This document shows positions 18,990-28,422 of a stretch of 64,000 nt of DNA, in pieces. The stretch is from contig CAYWEY010000005.1 of NCBI GenBank assembly GCA_964457955.1, positions 923 to 64,922 of the forward strand, given 5' to 3'. The notes under the pieces were generated by a model. That model was not told where the DNA came from. It saw nothing but the letters and a program-made list of their open reading frames with translations, and did no database searches. Source of the DNA: Candidatus Woesearchaeota archaeon (GTDB lineage: Archaea; Nanobdellota; Nanobdellia; Tiddalikarchaeales; Tiddalikarchaeaceae). Numbering within the stretch: the stretch's first letter is position 1; each line of letters starts with the position of its first letter. The translations under genes were made by a program, and so were the position numbers.

Positions 18990-20234
18990 ATGCCTGTAAG
19001 GACTTTTTTGTTAAAAGTATTATTAAGCACTGGTATCGGCATGCTTATTGGTGTTGAACGTGAAAGAGCGCATCATGGTTATCCTGCAGGAGTCAGGACT
19101 TTCTCATTATTATCCCTTACTGGAATGCTGACTAGTTTTATAGCAGCAGAATTCAATATTGACTGGGTTATTCCATTAGCAATAGTGTCCGTATTCTTGC
19201 TAATTACTTTGGGTTACTCAATGAGTATGTACGTTCACAGAAGTTTTGGACTGACAACAACAGTTGTTTTATTACTCACTTACTTAATGGGTATAGTAAG
19301 TTATTATGAGGATTACCAGTACTTGGCTATAAGTATTTCAATAATAACAACACTACTATTGACTGAGAAGAAAATGCTTCACGGTTTTGCAAGAAAAATA
19401 AAGAAAAAAGAATTACTTGACGGATTAAAATTCGGCATAGTCGCATTCATAATACTTCCTCTGCTCCCGAATAAGACAATAGATCCTTTAGGAGTCATTA
19501 ATCCATACAATTTATGGATGCTTGTAATATTCATACTATCAATAAGTTATGTTGCTTACATAAGTATGAAATTATTGGGAGGGAAAAAAGGAATGCTCTT
19601 ATCAGGTTTTTTCGGTGGAATGATTTCAAGCACTGCAACAACAATATCATTAAGTGAGAAAGTCAATAAATCAAAATCATTAGTTGGTCCAGGCCATATT
19701 GCAATACTTGTTTCCTGCACAACTCTCTTTGTGAGAGTATTGTTCGAAGTATTAGTTGTGAATAAAGAATTAGGAATCAGAATACTTCCAATGATGATTG
19801 CTCCTGCAATAGTGGGTTATTCGCTGAGTTTCTTATTCTCTGGAAAAACAAAAAATATTAAAGACAAGGACATAATAGAAGAAAGCCCTTTTAATTTTAT
19901 TCCAGCCATTAAGTTCACACTTCTTTTTGCAATCATACTTTTCATGTCAAAAATAGGAAAAATGTATTTCGGGGATTATGGTATTTACATAACAAGTTTT
20001 TTTGTAGGATTAGCAGATGTTGATGCTTTAGCTCTTTCAATGGCGAGCAGTTCTCCAGGAACAATATCATACAATACAGCAGTGATTTCAATAATTATTG
20101 TTACAATAACAAATACGTTAACAAAACTAGTGCTTTCAGGAATAATCGGAACTAAAGAATTGTTTAAAAAATTATTCTTCAAAAAATTATTATTAATAAT
20201 CAGTGTTTTGGCTGCTCTTCTTGTTTTTTCTTAA
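18990..20234 (+). CDS. MgtC/SapB family + DUF4010-type integral membrane protein
   Basis: N-terminus 'LLSTGIGMLIGVERERAHHGYPAGVRTF' matches MgtC signature; ~10 predicted TM segments. Confidence 0.65.
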   Translation: MPVRTFLLKVLLSTGIGMLIGVERERAHHGYPAGVRTFSLLSLTGMLTSFIAAEFNIDWVIPLAIVSVFLLITLGYSMSMYVHRSFGLTTTVVLLLTYLMGIVSYYEDYQYLAISISIITTLLLTEKKMLHGFARKIKKKELLDGLKFGIVAFIILPLLPNKTIDPLGVINPYNLWMLVIFILSISYVAYISMKLLGGKKGMLLSGFFGGMISSTATTISLSEKVNKSKSLVGPGHIAILVSCTTLFVRVLFEVLVVNKELGIRILPMMIAPAIVGYSLSFLFSGKTKNIKDKDIIEESPFNFIPAIKFTLLFAIILFMSKIGKMYFGDYGIYITSFFVGLADVDALALSMASSSPGTISYNTAVISIIIVTITNTLTKLVLSGIIGTKELFKKLFFKKLLLIISVLAALLVFS

Positions 20235-20409
20235 CAGCTTTAATGTGTTTGCAGTCAGTCATTTTAATACTATACCACTTGCAGTCGCAAGTCCAACTAT
20301 CCTTGTCGCCTTTATAAATAACGCTGTGAACACTGCTTTTATCCTGATTAATTACTGTGAATGCTTTATTCTTGTTTGTTTCATAATCTCTTCTCACAAT
20401 AAGAACCAT
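20200..20409 (-). CDS. Small SWIM-type zinc-finger protein (69 aa)
   Basis: 'WTCDCKWYSIKMTDCKHIKAV' fits SWIM CxCx(n)CxH; 3' end overlaps MgtC-like gene convergently by 35 nt. Confidence 0.4.
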   Translation of the reverse strand: MVLIVRRDYETNKNKAFTVINQDKSSVHSVIYKGDKDSWTCDCKWYSIKMTDCKHIKAVKKKQEEQPKH

Positions 20410-20466
20410 AAGTATTATAGAATAATGGTTAACATTTAAAAACTTATATTTATTAATTATATATTT

Positions 20467-20952
20467 ATGATTTGTAAGAACTGCGGTTACGGATTAAGAG
20501 AAGAATGGAAGTATTGTCCTAGATGCGGTAACAGAATATTAAGGATAAGAGGCATATTCGATGAATTCTTTAAAATGCTTAGAATACCCTCAAGTTTCGG
20601 AGGAATTAAAAAAAGTGGGAAAGGCAGGAGAATAAAAGTAAAAATAACTTCACGTTCACCCGGCAGGAAGAAAAGGATGAAGGAAAAAGAAAAAAAAATT
20701 GTTACACAAAAAAACTTAAAAGTTGTGGAACCAGCGACTAGTGTAACAAAAGATGATTCTTACACTAAAATAGAGATAAATATGCCGGGAGTAGAAAACC
20801 TTGAAGATATTGATTTTTTAAGAAGAGAAGATAGTGTGGAAATAGATGCTTACACAAAAGACATAAGATATTTTAAAATAATCAGTCTCGAGAATAAGGA
20901 TTTAATAGACAAAGATTTTAAGGACGAAAAACTAATCCTCAGACTGAAATAA
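20467..20952 (+). CDS. Zinc-ribbon (CxxC..CxxC) protein with C-terminal Hsp20/alpha-crystallin-like segment
   Basis: 'CKNCGYGL..CPRCGN' at N-terminus. Basic linker. C-terminal 'IEINMPGVENLEDIDF...VEIDAY' resembles ACD beta-sandwich start. Confidence 0.4.
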   Translation: MICKNCGYGLREEWKYCPRCGNRILRIRGIFDEFFKMLRIPSSFGGIKKSGKGRRIKVKITSRSPGRKKRMKEKEKKIVTQKNLKVVEPATSVTKDDSYTKIEINMPGVENLEDIDFLRREDSVEIDAYTKDIRYFKIISLENKDLIDKDFKDEKLILRLK

Positions 20953-20973
20953 ATTTATTGATATTGAGGAGGA

Positions 20974-23955
20974 TTAGCTAATGTTATAGTCTTTGCAGTC
21001 AATATCATTATCAGCATCACCATTAAGTGGACAACAACTGTCTCTTTCTTCATTATTTGGGGATGAATCGCAAGTGACTTCAGAAACACTACACACACCT
21101 AGTTTTACACTATTTTCATAACATTTCTCATTATTGCATGACACGCCTTCCCCAAACATTTCTTCACAATCACTGTCACTGCTGCATGAATAAAAAGCGC
21201 ATGGAGTGATTAAGTCATGATGATAACAGTCATACTTATTATAACATATAGGTGTGCAGTAACTATTTATGCATGCCTGAGTAACAGGACAATCACTGCC
21301 TGAATCACAACTCTTATAACCGCACGCCCCGCTTACACAAATATCATTCTCAGGAACACCATCTTTTCCGAACCATGCCATACATTCAAGACTGTCACTG
21401 CATGAGTGATGATGCTCGCATTTTCCTTCCTCGCATAAATAACCGCTTCCAAAACTGTTTATGCATTCAAGACTGTTCCTACATTCACAGTCAATATCTT
21501 TACTGACATCACTTCCTGCAGGACAACAACCATCACTCTCACCCCAGCTAGGATTAGTTATTAATTCACCACTACAATAATTCTTTAAAGGATTACTGAA
21601 AGTTGTGCAACCAATATTTTTATAACAACCATTATTCTCACTCTCGCACTGGCCGTCACTAAAACACCATGGTATCATACAAGTATTGTATTCAGAACAA
21701 TATTTTCCTGAAGAACAATCATTATCACTATCACATTTCTTTACACACTTATTCTTGTATAATACTTCATCATCCCCGCAATTCCTGAACCAGATATTAA
21801 CATCATCAACTAAGAAAGTGCTTTCTGAAGAACCATTATAGAATCCAGGACTATTCATACAGTCTGCTTCACCTGAAATAACGTATTCATGCCAGAAAGG
21901 ACTTCTTGCAATCGTATTACTGCTTAAAATCATTTTTGCACCACCATTAATTACTTGAATATTTGCACTCATACTATAATTAATAGGAAGACATGCAGCA
22001 TGAGGAATTTCAAAACCATTAATTATTGAACAACTGCTCCCATCATACTCCACAAATCCATCCTCTGCTATTAATCTCCCGCAATCTGATTTAGTGAATT
22101 CATCCAAAGAATCCATATCATTAGAATAGTGAACGCATTCTATCGGAGAATAACTAGTATATTCACAATCTGCATCACAAGTTCCTCCATTCTTGCAACT
22201 CACACTTATATCGCAAAAACCCATAGAGCAGTCCCCAGGAGTCATGCATTCAGGAGTAAAACAGGACTGTTCGCATATTATCTGCCCCGAACCACATCCA
22301 GTGCAGTCAGGATCATTCTCAAAATTACCCTCCTCAGGGCAGCAACCATCATCCAAACCAATAACTGTTATTTCTTCATAAACACAATTCTTATCACAAC
22401 CAGTTCCTTCACAGACACCGAATATGCATGGGTTGTCACTGACACAGTCAGTGTCATAACTGCATTCAGGTTCAAAACAATAACCATCACAACAATACTT
22501 GTTCATATAACAATCATTGTCACTCCTGCACGGTCTCATGCATTCACCATCAATTTTTTCATAACCAGTTTCGCAACTCTTCACGCACTCAGCATCACAT
22601 GTTCCGGGATAAACACAATAATAATAAGCATTCTCATCACTGCCCCTGCAGTCCCTGTTTGAATCACATTCAGGAGTAGTGCAATAATTATTGCATATTA
22701 TTTCGTTAGGTGAGCAATATTCATGAATGCATCTTGCATTAACAGTTCCTGGATTAATACATCTATGAGCATAACTCTTTCTTCCATCATCACAATCACT
22801 GTTATCAGTGCATGCAGGATTTATGCATGTTTCTGATATATAATCATAAACTTTTCCTTCAGGACATCCTGCTTCTTTATAAGGAATGCTTTCGCAGTAA
22901 GAATCGCACGGGTCATTATTAGTGTGGCATATATCTGCAGTTGTAGGATCCCCATCTTCACAGTCATTGTTAGAATAGCATGGAGTACTGCAGTAACCAT
23001 TACATAAAATCTGGTTTTCAGGACAATTAGTGCAGTCATTATCATTCGTCCTGTCGCAATCACTTGGACAGTAACCATCAAAATAAACACAACCAACTTC
23101 AGAATGACTGCAGTAAGCATTACATGTTCCAGGATGAATACATTCATCAACAGTGTATTCTTTATTATCACTGCAGTCGATGCTCGATTCGCATACTTCA
23201 ATACATGCACCATTACAGCATAATCTTTCATCACCACAATCTTCATGGACCATGCATGCTGAAGGAACATTCAATAATTCATTTTTTTCAATAATGTTTC
23301 CATAAGAAAGCATTTTAGTAGTGACGCTCCACTTCCCGCTTTTGTTGAGAGAAACATTCCTCCCAACCCATCTTCCCTGTTCTTCTTCAAATCCATCAAC
23401 AACAAAATTTTCACCATCAGGACCAGTAAAGTCAAAAACCACGTTCTGTGCTTCAGTGCCTGAAAGAAATAAAATACTGAATTCTTCACCAGCAACTAGT
23501 TCTTCTTCAATTATTAATTCGTTTTTTGGAACTACTGGAACAGAAAGTATGAGTATTATACTAATTAAGCATACAAACCCTAATAATCCTATAACTATTT
23601 TTTTCTTCTCCCTTAATAACTTATTCAATCCAGTTATTTTATCCTCTAATTTTTTAACATTATAACCAAGAAATTTCATCTTCTTTTTCTTATTATAACC
23701 GCACTTTGAACAACTCCTGCTTTTATGAACTAGTTTTCCGCATTCAGGACAGTGCCATAAGTGGGGATAATGAAGTTCATTAGGATAATTACATTTCGGA
23801 CAACTCCTGCTTTTATGAACTAGTTTTCCGCATTCAGGACAACTCCATAAATTAGGGTAGTGAAGAGAGTATTCGAATCCACAGTGAGCACATTTTTTAG
23901 AATCCTTAACTATTTTATGACAACTAGGACACTTCCAGTTTTCAGGATAACTCAT
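20974..23955 (-). CDS. Receptor-like membrane protein: three cytoplasmic tandem zinc ribbons, single TM, Ig-like domain, large Cys-rich ectodomain (repeated C-x-NPGTC-x-A-x-C and TNCPxxQILCNGxC units)
   Basis: N-terminus 'WKCPSCHK..CAHCG / WSCPECGKLVHKSRSCPKCNY / WHCPECGKLVHKSRSCSKCGY'. TM 'IVIGLLGFVCLISIILILSV'. About 150 Cys in ectodomain. Internal 42-bp perfect DNA repeat. Confidence 0.6.
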   Translation of the reverse strand: MSYPENWKCPSCHKIVKDSKKCAHCGFEYSLHYPNLWSCPECGKLVHKSRSCPKCNYPNELHYPHLWHCPECGKLVHKSRSCSKCGYNKKKKMKFLGYNVKKLEDKITGLNKLLREKKKIVIGLLGFVCLISIILILSVPVVPKNELIIEEELVAGEEFSILFLSGTEAQNVVFDFTGPDGENFVVDGFEEEQGRWVGRNVSLNKSGKWSVTTKMLSYGNIIEKNELLNVPSACMVHEDCGDERLCCNGACIEVCESSIDCSDNKEYTVDECIHPGTCNAYCSHSEVGCVYFDGYCPSDCDRTNDNDCTNCPENQILCNGYCSTPCYSNNDCEDGDPTTADICHTNNDPCDSYCESIPYKEAGCPEGKVYDYISETCINPACTDNSDCDDGRKSYAHRCINPGTVNARCIHEYCSPNEIICNNYCTTPECDSNRDCRGSDENAYYYCVYPGTCDAECVKSCETGYEKIDGECMRPCRSDNDCYMNKYCCDGYCFEPECSYDTDCVSDNPCIFGVCEGTGCDKNCVYEEITVIGLDDGCCPEEGNFENDPDCTGCGSGQIICEQSCFTPECMTPGDCSMGFCDISVSCKNGGTCDADCEYTSYSPIECVHYSNDMDSLDEFTKSDCGRLIAEDGFVEYDGSSCSIINGFEIPHAACLPINYSMSANIQVINGGAKMILSSNTIARSPFWHEYVISGEADCMNSPGFYNGSSESTFLVDDVNIWFRNCGDDEVLYKNKCVKKCDSDNDCSSGKYCSEYNTCMIPWCFSDGQCESENNGCYKNIGCTTFSNPLKNYCSGELITNPSWGESDGCCPAGSDVSKDIDCECRNSLECINSFGSGYLCEEGKCEHHHSCSDSLECMAWFGKDGVPENDICVSGACGYKSCDSGSDCPVTQACINSYCTPICYNKYDCYHHDLITPCAFYSCSSDSDCEEMFGEGVSCNNEKCYENSVKLGVCSVSEVTCDSSPNNEERDSCCPLNGDADNDIDCKDYNIS

Positions 23956-23990
23956 AAAAAAAAATAGGAAAAGGGTTTATAAAAAATTAA

Positions 23991-26081
23991 TTATTCACAC
24001 GCAGAGCTTATTGTTCCCGGATTAAAACAAGTTTCGCCTTCATCACAATCCTCATCAGAGCAGCAAGTGTATGAGCAGATGCATGCAGAGCTGCATTGTC
24101 CAGGATTATCACAATACTCGCCGCTCAGACAGTCATCATCACCATCACATTCAACAAGGCACTCTCCACAGCTCGCACTGCATGTTCCTGGATTGTAACA
24201 AACACACTTGTCAACATCAACACTTGAACAAGCATTTGTGAAATAACAATCGCTGTCTTCATCACACACTACTTCACAGCATTCTGCTTCGCACGTGTCA
24301 GGATTAACACATGATTGCCCTGGAGGACAATTAATATCATCATAACATTCTATATCGCAGTAAGTGTGAGTGCAGGAATAATTGCATGGTCCGAATCTTG
24401 TGCATTCATCAATTGTTTTAGGATTATTATCATCACATTCCTCATCGTTCGCGCAGTCAAGTTCTTGGCAGAAACCATCACAACAACCATATCCTGGACT
24501 GCAATCAGCTGATGAAGTGCAATTCTCTCCTGAATACTCACAATACGCATCACAACTCCCTCTGTTTATACAGAAATCTTCAGTTTCTTCAATCCCATCA
24601 TCACAGTCAGAATTACGAATGCATTCAGGAGTGCAGCATTCAGATTCTATTGTTCCAGGATTATCACATATTTCTCCCTCACCACAATCCTCATCATTAA
24701 AACATATTATTTCTTCACTAACACATTCTGCTTCACAAGTTCCTGGATTAATACATGTATATTTAAAATGTTCACTATATCCTTCACAATCACTATTATA
24801 CTGGCATTCAGGAACAATGCATTGACCATTACATAATATTTGTTCTCCAGGACAATTAGTGCAGTCAACATCACTAATTCTGTTGCATTTTTCAGGACAT
24901 ATTCCGTCGCTGGTTTGATTATTACATTCTACTAATGTGTGATTGCATCTTGCCTGGCAGGAGCCGGGATTAAGGCATTCATCAATAGTGCCTTCATGAC
25001 TATCATCACAGTCATTATTATCAGAACAAACAGGAATTATACAACTGCAGTTGCAGCATATCTTATTAACACAGTCATTATCGGACAAACAGCTGCATTG
25101 AACATTTATGACAGAACTATATATTATTTCATCACCTGATTTAACATTAACACTCCACTCACCAGTCTCATTAAGAGTTGTGTTAGGAATTATTATTCCA
25201 TCACTTCCGCTTATCTCTCCCCTTTCTGTTATTGCTCTTCCTGAAGGACTTATGAATTCAAAAACCACATTCTTTTTATCTGTTTTAAAAATAGGTGTGA
25301 ATTCTTCACCAGCATTCACTGTTCCAACAATTAATTCCTGTTTTGGTCCTGAAAAGAGAGTTAATAATAATATTATTAATATTATAGTAAGGATTAGTCC
25401 ACCACCACCATAAATTAAGTATTTTTTATTCTCCATCAAAACGTTTTTAATATTCTCAACAGGCGAGTGTGGTTTAATATCAAGAAGTTCTTCTTCCTTC
25501 TCCTCTTTTTTCTTAGGTGAAGGGCTTGGTTTTTCTTGCTCTGATGATGATAAGTCAGGGAGTTCTGGTTTTCCTGTCGGCACTGGTTGTTCTGGTGGGG
25601 GAGTTTTTTCTTCTGAAGCCTCTTTTTTTTCACTGATTGGTTCGGGTTCAGGAGTTGGTTTTTCTGGTGCAGGTTTGCTTGATTCACTAATTGGTGTAGT
25701 TTTTTCAATGGGACTTACTGGTTGTTCTGGTATTACGGGTGAAGGCCTGCTTTTTTCCTGAGTTGGTGAGGGGCTTGGTTCTATCTCTTTTTCTGGCATT
25801 TCATGATTTATAGGTAAAGGTTTTCCGGGTGAAGGGCTTGGTTTTTCTTGCTCTGATGATGATAAGTCAGGGAGTTCTGGTTTTCCTGTCGGCACTGGTT
25901 GTTCTGGTGGGGGAGTTTTTTCTTCTGAAGCCTCTTTTTTTTCACTGATTGGTTCGGGTTCAGGAGTTAATGGTTTTTCTTTTTCAGTAGTTTCAGGAGG
26001 AGGAGGTGGTATTTCTTCTTTTTCAAGCCCCAACTCTTTTCTTAATTCTTTTTCAAAATCGTTTTCAGAATCCTCAGCCAT
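23991..26081 (-). CDS. Paralogous Cys-rich membrane protein: cytoplasmic Pro/Glu/Ser-rich low-complexity N-terminus (duplicated), single TM, Ig-like domain, Cys-rich ectodomain
   Basis: 'CLNPGSCQARC', 'CINPGTCEAEC', 'TNCPGEQILCNGQC' repeats shared with 20974..23955. TM 'LIYGGGGLILTIILIILLLTLF'. 141-bp perfect direct repeat inside CDS. Confidence 0.6.
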   Translation of the reverse strand: MAEDSENDFEKELRKELGLEKEEIPPPPPETTEKEKPLTPEPEPISEKKEASEEKTPPPEQPVPTGKPELPDLSSSEQEKPSPSPGKPLPINHEMPEKEIEPSPSPTQEKSRPSPVIPEQPVSPIEKTTPISESSKPAPEKPTPEPEPISEKKEASEEKTPPPEQPVPTGKPELPDLSSSEQEKPSPSPKKKEEKEEELLDIKPHSPVENIKNVLMENKKYLIYGGGGLILTIILIILLLTLFSGPKQELIVGTVNAGEEFTPIFKTDKKNVVFEFISPSGRAITERGEISGSDGIIIPNTTLNETGEWSVNVKSGDEIIYSSVINVQCSCLSDNDCVNKICCNCSCIIPVCSDNNDCDDSHEGTIDECLNPGSCQARCNHTLVECNNQTSDGICPEKCNRISDVDCTNCPGEQILCNGQCIVPECQYNSDCEGYSEHFKYTCINPGTCEAECVSEEIICFNDEDCGEGEICDNPGTIESECCTPECIRNSDCDDGIEETEDFCINRGSCDAYCEYSGENCTSSADCSPGYGCCDGFCQELDCANDEECDDNNPKTIDECTRFGPCNYSCTHTYCDIECYDDINCPPGQSCVNPDTCEAECCEVVCDEDSDCYFTNACSSVDVDKCVCYNPGTCSASCGECLVECDGDDDCLSGEYCDNPGQCSSACICSYTCCSDEDCDEGETCFNPGTISSACE
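25517..25968. repeat. Perfect 141-bp direct repeat pair (25517-25657 and 25828-25968) inside CDS 23991..26081, encoding the duplicated Pro/Glu-rich segment
   Basis: Identical strings read in both copies, including G5 and T8 runs. Confidence 0.85.
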
Positions 26082-26112
26082 CTAGAAAATAATAAAAAAA
26101 GGATATAATAAA

Positions 26113-26455
26113 AATTTAATTATTCCTCAGTTTTAAGAGCATCTTCAAGTATTTTTTTTTTTTTTTTTTCTTAGTCTCAGGCTCTTCACTTATTAAACTA
26201 ATCTTTCTTGTTCTTTCTGCTCCGCAGTAAGGGCAGGAAGTGTTGCCTTCAACGATTGAAAAACAATTCGGGCACTGCCATCTTTCAGGATAATTCAGAT
26301 TATTAGGATACTTGCAGTTAAGGCATTCATCAACGTTTTCATTAACTTTATTGCATGCAGGACAATCATCAAAGAAACAAAAACCATATTTTTCGCACTC
26401 TTCATTATTCTCAATAGTGTTTTTGCATGCAGGACAAGTCCAATTATCATGATAA
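26113..26455 (-). pseudogene. Zinc-ribbon-repeat ORF without any in-frame ATG/GTG/TTG start, ending in a poly-Lys tail encoded by an A18 tract; homologous to the cytoplasmic N-terminal module of 20974..23955
   Basis: Hand translation of minus strand: 'IAYHDNWTCPACKNTIENNEECEKYGFCFFDDCPACNKVNENVDECLNCKYPNNLNYPERWQCPNCFSIVEGNTSCPYCGAERTRKISLISEEPETKKKKKK...'. Same 'YPxLWxCPxCG' repeat pattern as gene 20974..23955. Missing from the ORF track because it contains no Met. Confidence 0.35.
26152..26169. repeat. T18 homopolymer tract (A18 on coding strand of the Met-less zinc-ribbon ORF)
   Basis: 18 consecutive T counted directly at 26152-26169. Confidence 0.9.
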
Positions 26456-26526
26456 GCAATGATTTTAATTAATTATTTATTAGAATAAAAAACTTATTTA
26501 AGTAATCAATCTTAAAAATAAGATAT

Positions 26527-27393
26527 ATGGATATTTATGCTTATTCAGTTATTGAAGAGAGTTTTTCTAAGACAATAAATTTTTTGAGAAAAAACACTAA
26601 AAAATTGTTCAGACTTTCATTATTTAATCTTATTTTAGGAACTATGGATGGTTTTTTCGGTTTAGTTATTGTTTATTTTTTACTTAAACAAACACATTAT
26701 GAAGTGCTTGCAGCAGGGATTAATTCTTTCATTAACAATTTTTTCCTAAGTTTTTATAATAATCAATTATTAATACTTAGTTTAGTTTCCTTACTTGTTT
26801 TAATCTATTTAAGGGTTTTATTAACTCTGTTAATACTGAACCTTCTTGATAAAAATAAAAAATTATTACCTAATTTTAATATTTATAAGAAAATAAGCAT
26901 TGATTTTGCGATTGTTAAAACATTCTTAATAATTCTTCTCATAACAATTATTTATTATTCATTCTATAATCCTTTCAACAGGTTGATGAACCTGATTCTT
27001 TATCTTTACATTTTTTTATATGCTTATACTAGTTTAGTGCTTGACAATATTTTTCTTCCAAAAATATATTTAAAGAACAAGAGTTTTTTCAACGTGGTAA
27101 CAAAAAAATTTGATTATAAAAATGTTCAGATTGTTTCTTTCTTAACAGTAAGGATATTGTTGAAAGGATTTTTATTACTTATTCAGGCAGTAATTTCAAT
27201 ACCTCTAGGTTTATTATTTTTTGAAATTTTAAAAATCAGTATTAATATTATGCCAATTTATAACAATATAACTATTTTCCTGTCTTTATTATTATTCTTA
27301 TTCTGTTTATCAGTCTCTTTTTTAACTCTGCCGTTAACAATTTATAATTATAATCATTTATTATTATTTTATAAAAAAGCTGGAAAAAAATGA
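26527..27393 (+). CDS. Hypothetical polytopic membrane protein
   Basis: 288 aa, highly hydrophobic with multiple predicted TM segments; no family recognised. Confidence 0.4.
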   Translation: MDIYAYSVIEESFSKTINFLRKNTKKLFRLSLFNLILGTMDGFFGLVIVYFLLKQTHYEVLAAGINSFINNFFLSFYNNQLLILSLVSLLVLIYLRVLLTLLILNLLDKNKKLLPNFNIYKKISIDFAIVKTFLIILLITIIYYSFYNPFNRLMNLILYLYIFLYAYTSLVLDNIFLPKIYLKNKSFFNVVTKKFDYKNVQIVSFLTVRILLKGFLLLIQAVISIPLGLLFFEILKISINIMPIYNNITIFLSLLLFLFCLSVSFLTLPLTIYNYNHLLLFYKKAGKK

Positions 27394-28127
27394 TTAAGCA
27401 AATTCGTGAAATAAAGAACTGGATTAAGAATAATTACAGCATAGTATTATTCTGCAGTTGTGAAGTAGAGTATTCCGGAAGAGCAGAGAGTTTTCTTCCT
27501 GAAGGAGAAAGAATTTTAATAATCAAGAATGATAATACTGTTCTTGTTCATCAGCCTAATGGAAGAAACCCTATTAATTGGATGCCTGAGAAATCAAACA
27601 TAAGATTAGAAGAGGAGGACGGGACCATAGTTATAAATTGTTTTAGTGTTAATACTCATGAAAGAATGAGAATTGTTGTTTACAAAATTTATGAAACAAC
27701 AAATGCTCCCCTAGTTGATGCTGAACAGTTAAGGATTGTAGGAACAGAAGATGATATGTCCCAAATGATATATGATAATCCTGAAATAATAAGCAAAGAA
27801 TTCACCCCCTTCAGCAGGGAGGAACAGACAGAGTATGGTTTTATAGACGTATTCGGGCATGATAAAAATGGTTCATTAATAATTGTTGAATGCAAAAGAT
27901 ATACTGCAGGACTTAGCAGTATTCAGCAGTTAAGACGATATGTTGAGAAAATAATGAAGTCTAAAGGCACTGAAAACATAACAGGATATATTGCAGCACC
28001 CGATATTACTAAGAATGCGTTAAGAATGCTTAATGACTGGGGGTTTGAGTACGCGCGAGTGGAACCTCCTAACCGGTTGAAAGAATACAGGAGAAAACAG
28101 GAAAAATTAACAAAATTTTTGGAATAG
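27390..28127 (+). CDS. nucS: Endonuclease NucS/EndoMS (mismatch-specific, RecB-like nuclease fold)
   Basis: C-terminal 'GFIDVFGHDKNGSLIIVECKRYTAGLSSIQQLRRY' matches the NucS catalytic D..E.K motif block; 245 aa typical length; ATGA overlap upstream. Confidence 0.8.
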   Translation: MIKQIREIKNWIKNNYSIVLFCSCEVEYSGRAESFLPEGERILIIKNDNTVLVHQPNGRNPINWMPEKSNIRLEEEDGTIVINCFSVNTHERMRIVVYKIYETTNAPLVDAEQLRIVGTEDDMSQMIYDNPEIISKEFTPFSREEQTEYGFIDVFGHDKNGSLIIVECKRYTAGLSSIQQLRRYVEKIMKSKGTENITGYIAAPDITKNALRMLNDWGFEYARVEPPNRLKEYRRKQEKLTKFLE

Positions 28128-28164
28128 TAAGAGTTTTATTTAACCAGTATGTTAATAATTAATT

Positions 28165-28422
28165 ATGAACATGTTTTTTTATTTTTTGTCAGGACTCTCT
28201 TTCATACTCGGAGGTTTCATAATATACTTCAGAGAGATGAGCAAGACAATACTCTATTTTTCTCTTGGTTTTGTTTTATTAGGTATTTATTTAATGTTTT
28301 ATGGAATAATTTTTCCTAACGAATTAATACGCTTTGTTTTTAACCTTCCTTTATTGTTTGCTTCAATTCTTTTTTTATCAGGCATAATGTATTATTACAG
28401 TAAAAAAAGTGATGAGAAATGA
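28165..28422 (+). CDS. Small membrane protein (85 aa)
   Basis: Two to three hydrophobic helices; no family recognised. Confidence 0.3.
   Translation: MNMFFYFLSGLSFILGGFIIYFREMSKTILYFSLGFVLLGIYLMFYGIIFPNELIRFVFNLPLLFASILFLSGIMYYYSKKSDEK

Noticed and set aside
22129-25708. Multiple plus- and minus-strand ORFs (22129..22662, 22821..23270, 24382..24825, 25436..25708 etc.) inside the Cys-rich genes
   Set aside because: These are reverse-complement reading frames of Cys-codon-rich sequence (TGT/TGC read as ACA/GCA gives Thr/Ala/His-rich nonsense); no independent support.
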